A stretch of 64,000 nucleotides of DNA from a bacterium (GTDB lineage Bacteria; UBA8248; JACPRG01; G963555815). Both the position numbers and the translations under genes were made by a program. Below are positions 20,929-32,620 of this stretch, piece by piece (positions within the stretch are counted from its first letter, which is position 1; each line of letters opens with the position of its first letter). The DNA is taken from NCBI GenBank assembly GCA_965261595.1, contig CBDHDG010000006.1, positions 832,001-896,000 of the forward strand. The letters are read 5' to 3'. The notes beneath the pieces are model-generated. The model was not told where the DNA came from. It made no database searches and worked only from the letters and a program-made list of their open reading frames with translations.

Positions 20929-21939
20929 CTACTCGACCCCCAGCTCCCCCAGGAACCTCCGGTAAGCCAGGGCGGCGGCGTCCGGCCCCTTGATGTGAAG
21001 CTCCTCGGCCAGGTCCAGGGGCAGCTCCTCGGGCCGTTGGTTCTCGACAATGACACGGTCCTGCTCGGCAACAAGATTCTGAAGGTCCGCATGGGAATCC
21101 CCGGCGTAAGGTCCGCCCTCATAGTTCCGGACCGTGAACATGAACCGTTGGCATTCCCCGGCCGATACGGGCGTCACCACATAGATGAACGCCTCGATGT
21201 TCCCGCCGGGCTCCTCCTTCCACTGGTGGATTGAGAAAGGACGGGTCACGATGTAATGGTTTCGGTGGGATACGGAGTGAACGGCGTGGGTCGAATCCAC
21301 CGACCGGTCGGCCCAGAATCGCAGCTCCTCGCCCTCCCGCTCCAGGGTGACTTGCGGCGGAATGGGATGGTCCCGGTCGCCCAGGATCCCTTCGTGCACC
21401 CAGGCGAAGTGGCCGAAATCGAAGAAGTTCTCGATGGCCCGCGCGGCGCTGCACGCCCACCGTCTCCTGTCACGGAAAATGACCTGAAATTCCGGGTCCT
21501 CCAGGGGGGGATATTCGGGAAGCGGCGCCCGAGGCTCGCCCAGGCAGACCCAGACGATGCCGTACCGCTCCCGGGCCTTGTACCGGGTCAGACACGCCTT
21601 CTTGGGGATGGGATGCCCGGACGGGACCGAGGGGATCCTCGTGCACCGGCCCTCTCGGTTGTACGACCAGCCGTGATAGGCGCAGACGACCTCCTCCCCC
21701 TCGATCCAGCCCAGGGAGATCGGCGTCCCCCGGTGAACGCACAGGTCGAGAAACGCCGCGACCTCGCCCCCATGGCCCCCCCGAGCGCCCAGCCGGCAGA
21801 GGGCCAGCCGCTCATCCAACAGGCGAACGGCAAGGGGCTTCTCCCCCACCTCATCGCTGAAGGCGACGGGCAGCCAGTAGTCCCGAAGCTGGGGCCACAG
21901 GCCGGTCTCGGTCATGCCCTTACGGGCGGCCATCGCCAT
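20929..21939 (-). CDS. Rieske non-heme iron oxygenase, VanA/demethylase-like
   Basis: CVHRG..CAYHGW Rieske motif; ENFFDFGHFAWVH iron site; EQD..IVENQRP. Confidence 0.9.
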   Translation of the reverse strand: MAMAARKGMTETGLWPQLRDYWLPVAFSDEVGEKPLAVRLLDERLALCRLGARGGHGGEVAAFLDLCVHRGTPISLGWIEGEEVVCAYHGWSYNREGRCTRIPSVPSGHPIPKKACLTRYKARERYGIVWVCLGEPRAPLPEYPPLEDPEFQVIFRDRRRWACSAARAIENFFDFGHFAWVHEGILGDRDHPIPPQVTLEREGEELRFWADRSVDSTHAVHSVSHRNHYIVTRPFSIHQWKEEPGGNIEAFIYVVTPVSAGECQRFMFTVRNYEGGPYAGDSHADLQNLVAEQDRVIVENQRPEELPLDLAEELHIKGPDAAALAYRRFLGELGVE

Positions 21940-22239
21940 ATCCCATTACCTCCCGCGATACACCGCACAGCGCCGCCCGGCCTTCGCGGCGGCGATCAAA
22001 CGCCATTTTCGGTCCGCGTGTCCTCATCATACCCCATCCGTTGAGCGTCGGAATTTGTTTCGCGATCCCCAAGAACGCCGCTCATCGCGTCTCCGGCGCT
22101 CACCTCGCCGCTCCGCCGCCCGTAACGGATGTTCGGTCGTCCTCCCCAGAAATGTTATAAACTCGCCGAGAGGGTGAAGGCATCATCCATTGAACACCAT
22201 CTTGAAAAATGTTCACGCCGCGTTGCGAGGGGGAGACGG

Positions 22240-23228
22240 ATGCGATTCGGGATAGGGTGCCCGCCAAAAGAGAGCGGCCAATCGGCGGAGGCCATCGCCC
22301 AAACGGTCCAGCGGGCGGAGGACTGCGGCTTCAATGAAGCGTGGGTGGGCGATTCCCAGGGAATCTGGCACGACCTCTACGTCTCCATTACGCTTTGCGC
22401 TGTCCGCACCCGGCGGATCCGGCTTGGGGTGGGCGTCACCAACCTCATCACGCGCCATCCCGCCGTCACGGCCCGGGCGATGGCCACGCTGGACGAGGTT
22501 TCCGGCGGCCGCGCGCTCCTGGGTTTCGGGGCCGGAGACACGGCGCTCAAGCACCTGGGGCTGAAACCCTCCTCCTTGAAAGACATGGAGGAAGGAATCC
22601 TCCTGATTCGCGGTCTGCTGGCCGGGAGGACGGACAGTATCAGGGGAACACAATCCCCCGATTCACGGGATTTCAACCAAGGAAGGTCCCCATTTACCTG
22701 GCTTGCTACGGGCCAAAAATGCTTGAGCTGGCCGGGAGAGTCACAGACGGCGTGAACGTCCCCACCGGGATTTCGCCCGAACTCATTCAATACGCGCTGG
22801 GCCGGATCGAAAGCGGCAGGCGCGCCGCCGGCCGGGACCCCGCCTCCGTCGCCGTCGCCTTCCAGGTGGGCTGCTCCATCCGGGAGGACGGGGATCGGGC
22901 GCGGGAGGATGTCAAATCGTGGGCGGCCCGCCGGGCGCTCTCGCCCATTCCGCTCTCCATCCTGGGGATCACCCGGGAAGAGGCCGAGGGGTTTCGGCAG
23001 GCGTACCGGATTTCCGATCACCTCGTCCCCCACGCCCCCCACAGCGCGGCCGTGCGCAAAGACTGGGCGGCCGGCCTTTCGCTGGCGGGGACGCCCGAGG
23101 AGTGCGTCGAGAAGCTCCACGCCCTCGATGAGCAGGGGATCGACCAGGTCATCCTCGTTCCCGCGACGCAGAATTCCGAAGAAATGTTGAAGACATTCGA
23201 GAAGCGAATTCTCCCGCATTTTGCTTGA
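22240..23228 (+). CDS. LLM-class (Mer-like) flavin/F420-dependent oxidoreductase, frameshift near 22640
   Basis: ORFs 22129-22755 and 22341-23228 join; GVTNLITRHPAVTA, SGGRALLGFGAGD, PIYLACYGPKML. Confidence 0.85.
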
Positions 23229-23278
23229 GAAACCACTCGCCGGCGGGCCGGCATTTCCTTCGTATCGGCTGTAAGGGT

Positions 23279-24694
23279 TTAAGACACCAAACTTCCCGTC
23301 CAGTCCGCGGGAATTTCTTCCGGTTCGGAAGTGACCCAATCCGACCAGATCCGCTCGACCTCGGCCATTGCTTCCTTCGGCACATCGCAAACCCGCGGGA
23401 GGCCCTTATTGTCGGGGCGCGTGGCGTCGATTCCCACTTTGGTGATGAGGTTGTGGGGGCGATCCCGGGAAGGATCGAGCTGGCCGGGCGCCCGGGTGAG
23501 GACGGTCCCGTCGCGATCAAACTGGGACCGGGTCGCGATGGCCCACTCCACATCGTCCATGTTGCGAATATCCACATCGTCGTCCACGACCACCGCGTAC
23601 TTGATGTTGATGCGGCTCGCGAGGATCGCGCTGAGGGCGAGTTTCCCATCTCCGGGTGACCGCTTCTTGATGGAGACGATCGCGTGGAACCGGCCGCAGC
23701 CGCCCGTTGTAAAGTGCACGTCCCGGACCTTGGGGACCACTTCCTTGACCAGGTTGTAAAGGTCCGTGCAAGCCGGAAGCGCCCGCATGAAAGCCCCCTC
23801 CGTGGGCGGTTTTCCGAGGTAGACGCTCTGGAAGATGGGGTCCCGTCGATGCGTGACGGCGTTGAACCGGATGACGGGCATACGGTTTTTCTCGGCCAGG
23901 GCGCCGTGATAATAGCCCGTGAACTCTCCGAAAGGTCCTTCGTCCTCCCGCACACCCGGCGGAATGACCCCTTCCAGGACGATCTCCGCATCGGCCGGAA
24001 CTTGCAGATTCACGGCCTCGCATTTTACGAGGTCGATTGGCTTCCCCCGAAGCGCCCCGGCCAGCTCGTATTCGTCGACGTGGATGCTTCGTGTGATCTG
24101 GGAAGCGATATGAAGGGCGGGATCGCACCCGATAACCACCACAATCTCCAAAGGCTCGCCCCTTTCCTCGGCCTTCTCATGGTAGGTCTTCAAATGGACG
24201 ACCGGGTTGTAGAAAATGCCGGTTTCGTCCCGGCCCCGAAGCTGAAGGCGTTGAAGGGAGAGATTCGGGCCGAGCTCCGGGTCGTCAACGATGATGATCC
24301 CCGCCGTGATGTAGCGGCCTCCATCAAGCTCGTTGACCGTGGGGATCGGAAACGTTCGAAGGTCGAGCTCCTCTCCTTTCAGGATGACTTCCTTCACCGG
24401 CCCATCCGAAACCGATTTCGGGGCCAGGGGCCGCTGAATCCTTCGTTGATATTCCTCGATCAGGTCAACCGCGGGTTTGCCGAACATCATCTCCAACTAC
24501 CGATAACTTCCCAGGACGTTGGCGACCAGGGGGATATCCGACCCTTTCACGTTCCGGCAAAAGACGGTCTTTCCCCCCGCTCTTTTGATCAGCGCGGAGA
24601 TTTGATGATCCGGATCGACCTCCTCCCGGACGTATGCCAACTCACCAGCACGCCTCACGCAGTCCAAAAATCCCCGGAAGCCTTCGTACATCAT
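23279..24694 (-). CDS. UbiD-family decarboxylase with an in-frame TAG at 24497-24499 (possible pseudogene)
   Basis: DGGRYITAG, VPADAEIVLEG, EGPFGEFTGYY, VDDDVDI..VEWAIATR, KVGIDAT; the two ORFs abut in the same frame. Confidence 0.85.
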
Positions 24695-24798
24695 CCCCTT
24701 ACCCTCCTTCGAGAGAGTTCATCAACGCGGAAAAACAACGCGTCGCGTTCACGAAAGCCCGGAATCTTAAATCGGCTGCCCTTTGCGAGAAATCGGGA

Positions 24799-25494
24799 TC
24801 AGCCGGGCCCGAGACACCGGTCGAAAAACGCAATCATCCTGTCCCAGGATTCATCGGACGCCTCTTGATCGTGGTTGGGTGCGCCCTCGAAGAAATAGGC
24901 GTGCCCGGCCTCGGGAAATTCCAGAAATTCATGCTCCTTCCCGGCCGCCTCCAGCCGGTCCCGGTATCGGCGCGCGTCCGCGATGGAAAAGTAGGCGTCT
25001 TGTCCTCCGCGAAAAACCAACAGGGGCGCCCGGATGTCTTCCACGAAGTCGATGGCCGAGACGGGCTTGTCGGAATCGGTTTCCTCGTAAACGGCTTGCC
25101 CGTAGAAAACAACGCCGGCCGAGAGCTCCGCGATTCGGCCCGCGGCCAGCATGGCGATGGTCCCGCCCCGGCAGAAACCGACCGTCCCGATCCGGTCCGG
25201 ATCGACCGGCTCGTTTTCTTTCAAATAGCGAATTCCCGCCCGGATGTCCTCCATGATCAGGTCATCCGCCGGATCGTGCGCCCGGCTCTGCCAGCCGTGG
25301 GCGAGGGCCACATACCCGCGCGAGGCCAGCCGCTGAATCAGGCCGAGGTCGGGCGGATTGAGGCCAAAAATCCCGTGAATCGTCATGATGGCGGGAAAGG
25401 GGCCGTCCCCCTCCGGCCGGGAGACAAACGAGCGCGTCTCGACCTCCCCGCTCGAATACGACACTTCCAAAGGCGCACCCATTCCTGGATTCAT
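24799..25494 (-). CDS. Dienelactone hydrolase family protein
   Basis: HGIFGL, GFCRGG, AGHAYF. Confidence 0.88.
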   Translation of the reverse strand: MNPGMGAPLEVSYSSGEVETRSFVSRPEGDGPFPAIMTIHGIFGLNPPDLGLIQRLASRGYVALAHGWQSRAHDPADDLIMEDIRAGIRYLKENEPVDPDRIGTVGFCRGGTIAMLAAGRIAELSAGVVFYGQAVYEETDSDKPVSAIDFVEDIRAPLLVFRGGQDAYFSIADARRYRDRLEAAGKEHEFLEFPEAGHAYFFEGAPNHDQEASDESWDRMIAFFDRCLGPG

Positions 25495-25760
25495 TCCGGC
25501 ATCCCTTTTCTCAAATCAAGCCGCTCCTGATTTCTTTCCCCGCTTGGTTCATGTTAACTGAATCCCGGGAAACCGGCGAACTCTCCGTCAAGCCTTCCCC
25601 CACGGGGGCCCGGAGGATATGTTCCATGAGGACCGGAAACCCGCGAGGATGTTAAAGTAGCGTCCCGCGCCGGGTTTTACAGTCAAGAAGAATTGGGCCG
25701 CCCTCCTCCGGAGATCGACGCCGGACGGGAAAATTTCAGCGGCGGCGGAGAACGCGAAAG

Positions 25761-27840
25761 ATGAGCTACCGAATCGGAATCGACGTCGGAGGTACGTTCA
25801 CCGATTTCCTGATCATGGACGATCAGGGCCGGGCGGAGGCCTTCAAGACCCCTTCCGTCCCGGATGACCCGGCCGAAGGCGTGTTCAACGGGTTCGAGGA
25901 AGCCGCGGCCTCGAAGGACCTGTCGGTTCCGGATTTTTTGGAGCGGACCGAGCTGATCATCCACGGAACCACCGTCACCACAAACGCCCTGTTGACCCAT
26001 TCGGGCGCCAAGGTCGGCCTCATCACAACGGAAGGGTTCCGCGATTCGCTGGAAATGCGGCGCGGCGTCAAGGAGCGGCTCTACGACATGCATTGCAGCC
26101 CCCCCCCCGCCCCTGGTTCCCCGGTCTTTGCGAATCGGGGTCCCGGAGAGGACGAACGCCCAGGGGGAAGCCGTCCTCGCGCCGCGCCGCGATAGCGTCC
26201 TTCGCGCCGTGAAGGACCTCCGCGCGGCCGGCGTCGAGGCCGTGGCGGTGAGCCTGCTGTTCTCGTTCCTGAACCCGGCGCATGAGGAAGCCATCCGCGC
26301 GCTCATCAAGCGGAAGTGGCCCGAAGTCTACCTGTCCGTCTCTTCCGAGACCCTGCCGGTGGTCCGTGAGTACGAGCGGACGAGCACGATCGTCCTCAAC
26401 GCGTACGTCGGCCCCATCCTCACCCGGTATCTCGAGCGGTTGGAAACAAGGCTCGCCGAATGCCGGTTCGGCGGCGTCCTGCTGATCATGCAATCCAACG
26501 GCGGGGTCGCGAGCCCTGAGGCGGCCCGGAAGTTTTCCGCGGGCACCCTGCTGTCCGGTCCCGCGGCGGCCCCGGCGACGGGACTGTTCTACGGGCGTCC
26601 GCATGAGACCGAGAACCTGATCACCCTGGACATGGGCGGAACGAGCTGCGACATCTGCGTCGTCAAGGACGGAGACCCGCGGGTGACGACGGAGGGACAG
26701 CTCGGCGGATACCGGATCGCCTCGCCGATCATCGACATCCACACCCTCGGCGCCGGCGGCGGGAGCATCGCCTGGATCGATGACGGGGGAATGCTTCAGG
26801 TGGGACCGAGAAGCGCCGGCGCGAGACCGGGGCCGATCTGCTACGGCCGGGGGGGCGATGAGCCCACGGTCGTCGACGTGAACCTGCTGCTCGGCTACCT
26901 GAACCCGGGGTTCTTTCTCGGCGGAAGGATCCCGCTGGACGTCGCCCGGCCCGAAACGATCCTCCGGGAACGAATCGCCGGCCCGCTGGGCCTGGACGTC
27001 CTGGAAGCCGCCATCGGAATCTCGAAGGTGGTCAACGCCAACATGACGGACGGACTGCGGGCCGTTACGATCGAGCGGGGGGACGATCCGCGGGAGTTCA
27101 CGCTGGTCGTCGCCGGCGGGGCGGGGCCCATTCACGCCTGCGCCATCGCGCGGGAGCTGGAAATCCCCTCCGTTTTGATCCCCCGGAGCTCTTCGGTCTT
27201 CTGCGCGGCGGGGATGCTGATCTCCGACCTCCGGCATCACTTCGTTACGACGTATCGGGCGAGCGCCGGCCGGTTGAACCTGGCCGCGGTCCGGGAGCGC
27301 TTCGAGAACATGGCGGTCAGGGGACGGGCGCTGTTGGCGTCGGAGGGGGTGAAAGAGGAAAACCGGACCTTGGCCTGCTCCGTGGACGCGCGCTACCTGG
27401 GCCAGCCCCACGAGGTGAACGTGGGCATCGAATGGGAAGAGCTGAGGCGAGAAGACTTGTCGCCGGTCTTCGAGCGTTTTCACGCGCGCCACGACGACCT
27501 GTTCGGCTACAGCGAGCCGGAGGAGACGGTGGAGTTCGTCAATCTACGGCTTGTGGCCGTCGGCCTCACGCAAACACCCCGAATGTCCGAGCCGCCCCCG
27601 GCGGCCGATTCCGCCGAATCGGCCCTCAAAGAACACCGGGACGTGTGTTTCCCCGCTTCCGGCGGATGGGTGCGGACCCCCGTCTACGACGGCCACCGCC
27701 TGGCGCGCGGCCACCGGGTCGAAGGAGGGGCCGTCATCGAGCGGCGGAACACGACCATCGTCGTCGAGCCGGGGTGGGAGCTCGCCTGCGACCCGCGCGG
27801 AAATTACGTCCTCACGCCCAACGGGGGAGAACATCCGTGA
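25761..27840 (+). CDS. Hydantoinase/5-oxoprolinase subunit A, frameshift at poly-C ~26100
   Basis: GIDVGGTFTD, HGTTVTTNA, SGPAAA, DMGGTS, GAGGGSIA. Confidence 0.88.
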
Positions 27841-29618
27841 GCGGATTCGACCGGGTTCAGTGCACCGTCATCCAGAACCGCCTGACGGCCATCACGCGCG
27901 ACATGGGGACGACGATGCTGCGGACCTCGCGCTCGCCCATTCTGACCGAGGCCCGGGACTTCATCACGGCCGTCTTCGACGAGAAGGGCCGGGTCGCGGC
28001 CCAGACCGAGTACATCCCCATCCTGTGCGCCTCCACACCCGAAGCGGTGAAAAAAACGAGCGAGGCGTTCGAAGGGGAGATCAATGAGGGAGACCTCTTC
28101 CTGCTGAACGACCCCTTCTGCGGCGGGAACCACCTCCCGGACCTGACCGTTCTGAAGCCTGTCTTCAGCCCGTCCGGCCGGCGCCTGTTCTGGGCCGTGA
28201 CGAAAGGCCACCATGCCGACATCGGCGGGGCGGTGATGGGGGGGTACAACCCCGGAGCCCGGGACGCCTTCCAGGAGGGAATCCGGATTCCGGCCATCAA
28301 GCTGTATGACCGCGGCCGCCGCCGGGAGGACATCTGGCGGATGCTGCTGTCGAACACGCGGCTTCCCGGACACCTCCGGGGGGATTTGCGGGCGCAGATC
28401 AGCGCCGTGGGCCTGGCGGAGCGGTTGCTCAAGGAGATGGTGAGCAAGTGGGGGGAGGAAACCCTCCGGGAGGCCATCGAGTTCTTCCTCGACGCGACGG
28501 AGCGCCGGGTCCGCCGCGAGATCTCGGCGATACCGGATGGAACCTACCGGGCCTGCCGCACCCTCGATCACGACGGGATCGACAAGTCCCGAAGGGTCCG
28601 GATCGACGTGGAGATCACCGTCGAGTCCGACCGGATGGTTTTCGACTATTCGCGCAGCGACCCACAGACGAAGGGTTTCGTGAACAGCTCTCTGCCCAAC
28701 ACGGTCTCCGCGAGCCTGATCGGCCTGTACACGATCATCGACCCCGAGATCCCGCACAATGAAGGGTGCGCCCGGCCCGTCGAGGTGATCGCCCCGCTGG
28801 GTCTGGTCGTGAACGCGCGCGAGCCCGCGCCCTCGAGCCTCTGCACCCTCTCGACGGCGGAGGCGATCATCGAGGCCGTCTGGCTGGCCCTGTCGGACGC
28901 CGTCCCGGAGCGGATCTCCGCGGCCTGGGGACGTGTCAGCGGCCCCAACATCTCCGGCGTCGATCCCAGAACCGGCGAAGGGTTCAGCGAAATCACTTTC
29001 TTGCGCAAGAACGGCGGCGGCGCGGCTTACGGCTTCGACGGGTGGAGCCACGTCGGAACGGTGGTCTGCTGCGGCGGGGTCCGGGCCCCGAGCATCGAGA
29101 TGCACGAGATGGACAGCCCGCTCTTTCTGCTGAAACACGAATACCGAATGGACTCGGGCGGCCCGGGCCGCTGGCGGGGAGGGCTCGGCGTGGATTACGT
29201 CTTCCGGGTGGACGCGCCGGCGGCCCAGGCATGCAGCACGGGGGACGGCATGCTCGAGGAGAACCGGGCCTTCGGCCTGGCGGGGGGGCTTCCCGGCGAA
29301 ACGAACCGGGTCTTCATCCGGACGCCGGACGGAGAGCGGATCGACGTGGACTCCAAGTCGGTGCACGCCCTTCAGGAAGGATGCGAGATTTATATCCATT
29401 CCAGCGGCGGCGGCGGCTGGGGCGCGCCCCGGGAGCGGGACCCGGAGCTCGTCGCCTCGGACGTCGGGAACGGATTCATCTCACCCGAGAGCGCGCGGCG
29501 GGACTACGGCGTGGTCCTGGACGCCGCCACGGGCCGGGTGGACGAGGAGGCCACGGAGCGGGCGAGACGGGCGCCGGCCGAAAGGACGGAGAGCCCGATG
29601 GAAGCGCGCGACCCCTGA
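27837..29618 (+). CDS. Hydantoinase B/oxoprolinase subunit
   Basis: NDPFCGGNHLPD, HHADIGG, QEGIRIP, SGGPGRWRGG, GGGGWG; GTGA overlap with subunit A. Confidence 0.9.
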   Translation: MSGFDRVQCTVIQNRLTAITRDMGTTMLRTSRSPILTEARDFITAVFDEKGRVAAQTEYIPILCASTPEAVKKTSEAFEGEINEGDLFLLNDPFCGGNHLPDLTVLKPVFSPSGRRLFWAVTKGHHADIGGAVMGGYNPGARDAFQEGIRIPAIKLYDRGRRREDIWRMLLSNTRLPGHLRGDLRAQISAVGLAERLLKEMVSKWGEETLREAIEFFLDATERRVRREISAIPDGTYRACRTLDHDGIDKSRRVRIDVEITVESDRMVFDYSRSDPQTKGFVNSSLPNTVSASLIGLYTIIDPEIPHNEGCARPVEVIAPLGLVVNAREPAPSSLCTLSTAEAIIEAVWLALSDAVPERISAAWGRVSGPNISGVDPRTGEGFSEITFLRKNGGGAAYGFDGWSHVGTVVCCGGVRAPSIEMHEMDSPLFLLKHEYRMDSGGPGRWRGGLGVDYVFRVDAPAAQACSTGDGMLEENRAFGLAGGLPGETNRVFIRTPDGERIDVDSKSVHALQEGCEIYIHSSGGGGWGAPRERDPELVASDVGNGFISPESARRDYGVVLDAATGRVDEEATERARRAPAERTESPMEARDP

Positions 29619-29658
29619 ACGGGGGGAGGGGGGGGGCTCCGGCCATTCAGGCGCCCAA

Positions 29659-30801
29659 TCAAGACCTCAGCAATTCCCGGGCGATGAGAAAACGCAGGAT
29701 CTCGCTTGTTCCCTCCGATATCCGGTTGTGCCGCAGGTCCCGGTAATGCCGCTCGATGGGCAGCTCTTTGGTGTAGCCCAGCCCGCCGTGGATCTGAAGC
29801 GTGCGGTCCACGACGCGGCCGGCCATCTCCGTGCAGTGGACCTTCGCCATCGCCGCTTCCTTCCGGAACTCCATCCCCTCATCAGCCATCCAGGCGGCGT
29901 GGCAAATCATTCCCCGTCCGGCGTAAATCTCCATGGCCGACTCCACGAGCATCCACTGAATCGCCTGACGATCGGAGATGGGCTTGCCGAACGTCTCCCG
30001 CTGGCGGGAATGGTCGACGGCCAGATCCAACATGGACTGGGCGACGCCCAGCGAATAGGAAGCGACGGACAAACGGCCGTGGCCGATCCACCTCATGGCC
30101 AGGCGGAATCCCTCGCCCACTTCCCCCAACACGCCCGCGGCCGGGAGCCGGCAATCCTGGAAGACCAGCTCGACGTGGCCGATCCCCCGCCAGCCCAGGG
30201 TCTCCACGGGGCGCCCGATTGTGAAGCCCGGCGTTCCCCGGTCAATGAGGAAGGCCGTGATCCCCCCCCGCGCCCGCTTCTCCTTGTCCGTGAGGGCGAA
30301 GACGACAAAGAAGTCTGCGATGTCGCCGTCGGTCGTGAAGTGCTTGGTCCCGTTGAGGACGAAGGCGTCGCCGTCCGGGACGGCGGTGGTCTGGATGGCC
30401 GCCGCGTCGGAGCCAGCGTTGGGCTCGGATAGGGCGAAGGCATACTCCCGCTCGTTTCGCATGTAGGGCCGGAGATACTTCTCTTTCTGGTCCTCGTTTC
30501 CGAAGAGCAGGATCGGCGGCGTCGGCTTGACCACCTGGGCCATCGCGTAGCTCGTCCGGCCCAGCTCCTCCCGGACGACGCAAAGCGCCAACACCCCGAG
30601 CCCGGCCCCGCCTTCCTCCTCCGGGATGTTCAGGCCGAGGAGGCCCAGATCCCGGGCCTTGTCCCGGATGCTCTTGCGGAGCTCCGGCGCAACCCGGTCC
30701 GCCCGCTCGACCTCGTTCTCATGAGGCTTGAGTTCCCGGTCCACGAAATCGTGAACCATTTTTTTGAGCAATGTGAGTTCCTCAGGAAGCCGGAAGTCCA
30801 T
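29659..30801 (-). CDS. Acyl-CoA dehydrogenase
   Basis: ALSEPNAGSD, LNGTKHF, QRETFG, QIHGGLGY, ISEGTSEI. Confidence 0.92.
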   Translation of the reverse strand: MDFRLPEELTLLKKMVHDFVDRELKPHENEVERADRVAPELRKSIRDKARDLGLLGLNIPEEEGGAGLGVLALCVVREELGRTSYAMAQVVKPTPPILLFGNEDQKEKYLRPYMRNEREYAFALSEPNAGSDAAAIQTTAVPDGDAFVLNGTKHFTTDGDIADFFVVFALTDKEKRARGGITAFLIDRGTPGFTIGRPVETLGWRGIGHVELVFQDCRLPAAGVLGEVGEGFRLAMRWIGHGRLSVASYSLGVAQSMLDLAVDHSRQRETFGKPISDRQAIQWMLVESAMEIYAGRGMICHAAWMADEGMEFRKEAAMAKVHCTEMAGRVVDRTLQIHGGLGYTKELPIERHYRDLRHNRISEGTSEILRFLIARELLRS

Positions 30802-32620
30802 TCGATTCCCCCCCCCGCGCGCAAGCGGGCAACCCGCCTGAAGCGCCCTCGCGGCCCGGATGCGCAAGCGGGCGTTGATTCTCAATAGCCACGGTCGAAA
30901 CAGATCGACACTGTCGGCCAGAAATTCCACATTTTCTTGGGATTTACACACAACAAAACGACAGCCGTCAAGCCGTTTCGCGAAGCTCGCCGAAACCCTC
31001 GCCGGAGGGTCAAGGCTCGGCCTCGGCACGATCATCGCCGAATTTCCCGGATGGAACGTTGGTTTATCTCACTCCACGGAACCCGGTATAGGGATTTCAA
31101 ATATCCCTTGACAGTGATTCCGGAAAAGAATTGAATGCCTTCACGCGGGAACAAATCCATATGAGCGCTGCCTAATCGTAAGAATATACGGGGGAACGCA
31201 GAGAGGCGGCCCCGCCGGTTGAAAATGGGAAGCTCCCGCCAAGAGGGGTTCAATCGCCGTATTTTTTGTCTCTACCACAAGGAGATGGAGTCATGAAGCG
31301 TTTCGCTCGAAATTTTAATCCCCCCCCCTCCCCCTTCTGGGCGGGCTGGTCCTTGTCGTGTTTCTGGGGTTCGCAACCGGCGTCTACGGCCAATCCGACA
31401 TTTCTGATCGCCCCGGTTCCGCCATGCAAGTGGCCCAGGCGAAAAAGTTCTCGACCCGGAAAACGGGACAACGCCGGGTCGTCCGTCAGAAAACGAGAAA
31501 GCTGAAAAGTCTTCATTTCGAAGCGCCGGCGTTCCCCGTCAAACTGGAGAAGGTGCGGTTCAAGAAATTACGCTTCGTCGTCAACGCCCCGAAAATCGAG
31601 CTTGCCATCGAACCGCAGGAAGGCAACAACCTCGTTTATCATCCGCTTCCCGGCTGGACTTCCAAAGAGAGGAGAGGCGGCCAATTATCCGTTTTGTTGT
31701 ATATCAGGAACAAGGAAAGCAAAACGATTACCTTGAAAAAGGTGGCGTTTGTTTATGGCGGAAGAACCAAGGAGGTTTCCGTCCAAAAGAAAATAAAAGA
31801 CGGTGTAGTCAAATGGGATAATGCCATCGCGCTCAACAAACAAAGAAGGTGGATCAACGGACGGGGCTACCATCAGGTGGGCGATGTGATTTACTTTGAG
31901 TCCGGCGTTCCCTCCTCAATCACAATCAAGCTGTATTTCAAGGAATTCACCTCTCCCGTATCCATCACGAAAAGGCTGAAACCATACCGCAAATCCTTCG
32001 CCCTGCCGTTCAAGGCGAGTGATTTGAGAACCAATGAGCTTTGGGAAAGCGCGAGCACGCATGGCGGCGGCTACCAGGTGTTCGCCTACGACATGGGCGT
32101 GCAGGCGCCGGGCGCGGGCAGCTATCTTCCCGGCAAGTCCGGTTCCGCCAACAGCGACTACCGCATTTGGGGAAAGCGCATCTACGCCATGGCGGACGGA
32201 GTGGTGAAAGAGTACGTCAATAATGTGCCAGAAAATCCCCGACCCGGGCAAAAGGCCGATTTCAAATCTTATCAACGGGGTTACGGCGGAAACCATTTTT
32301 ACATTCAGCACGGCGGGCTGATGGCCCTGTACGCCCACTTTCAAAAAGGGTCTCTCAACCCCCAATTCATGAAAAAGAACGCCGTGGTCAAAAAGGGCGA
32401 TTTCCTGGGTTTGGCGGGCAACTCCGGCAATTCCACCGCCCCGCATCTGCACATCCACGTCCGCAAGGAAACCCGGATTGAATCGGGCCCTTTCCGTCCG
32501 CTCGTGTTTACCAAAGGATTTGTCATCGGGAAGGCCAATTACCCCCGGACCAAGTCAAACGTCAATTGGTCCTATTTGAATAAGCTCGCTATCCCGGGGA
32601 AGGAAGGCAAACGATCCTAC

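Noticed and set aside
18955..21234. Long antisense/alternate-frame ORFs (also 6616-7947, 10419-11714, 27804-29399, 48509-50113, 59373-60641)
   Set aside because: Shadows of recognisable genes in GC-rich DNA
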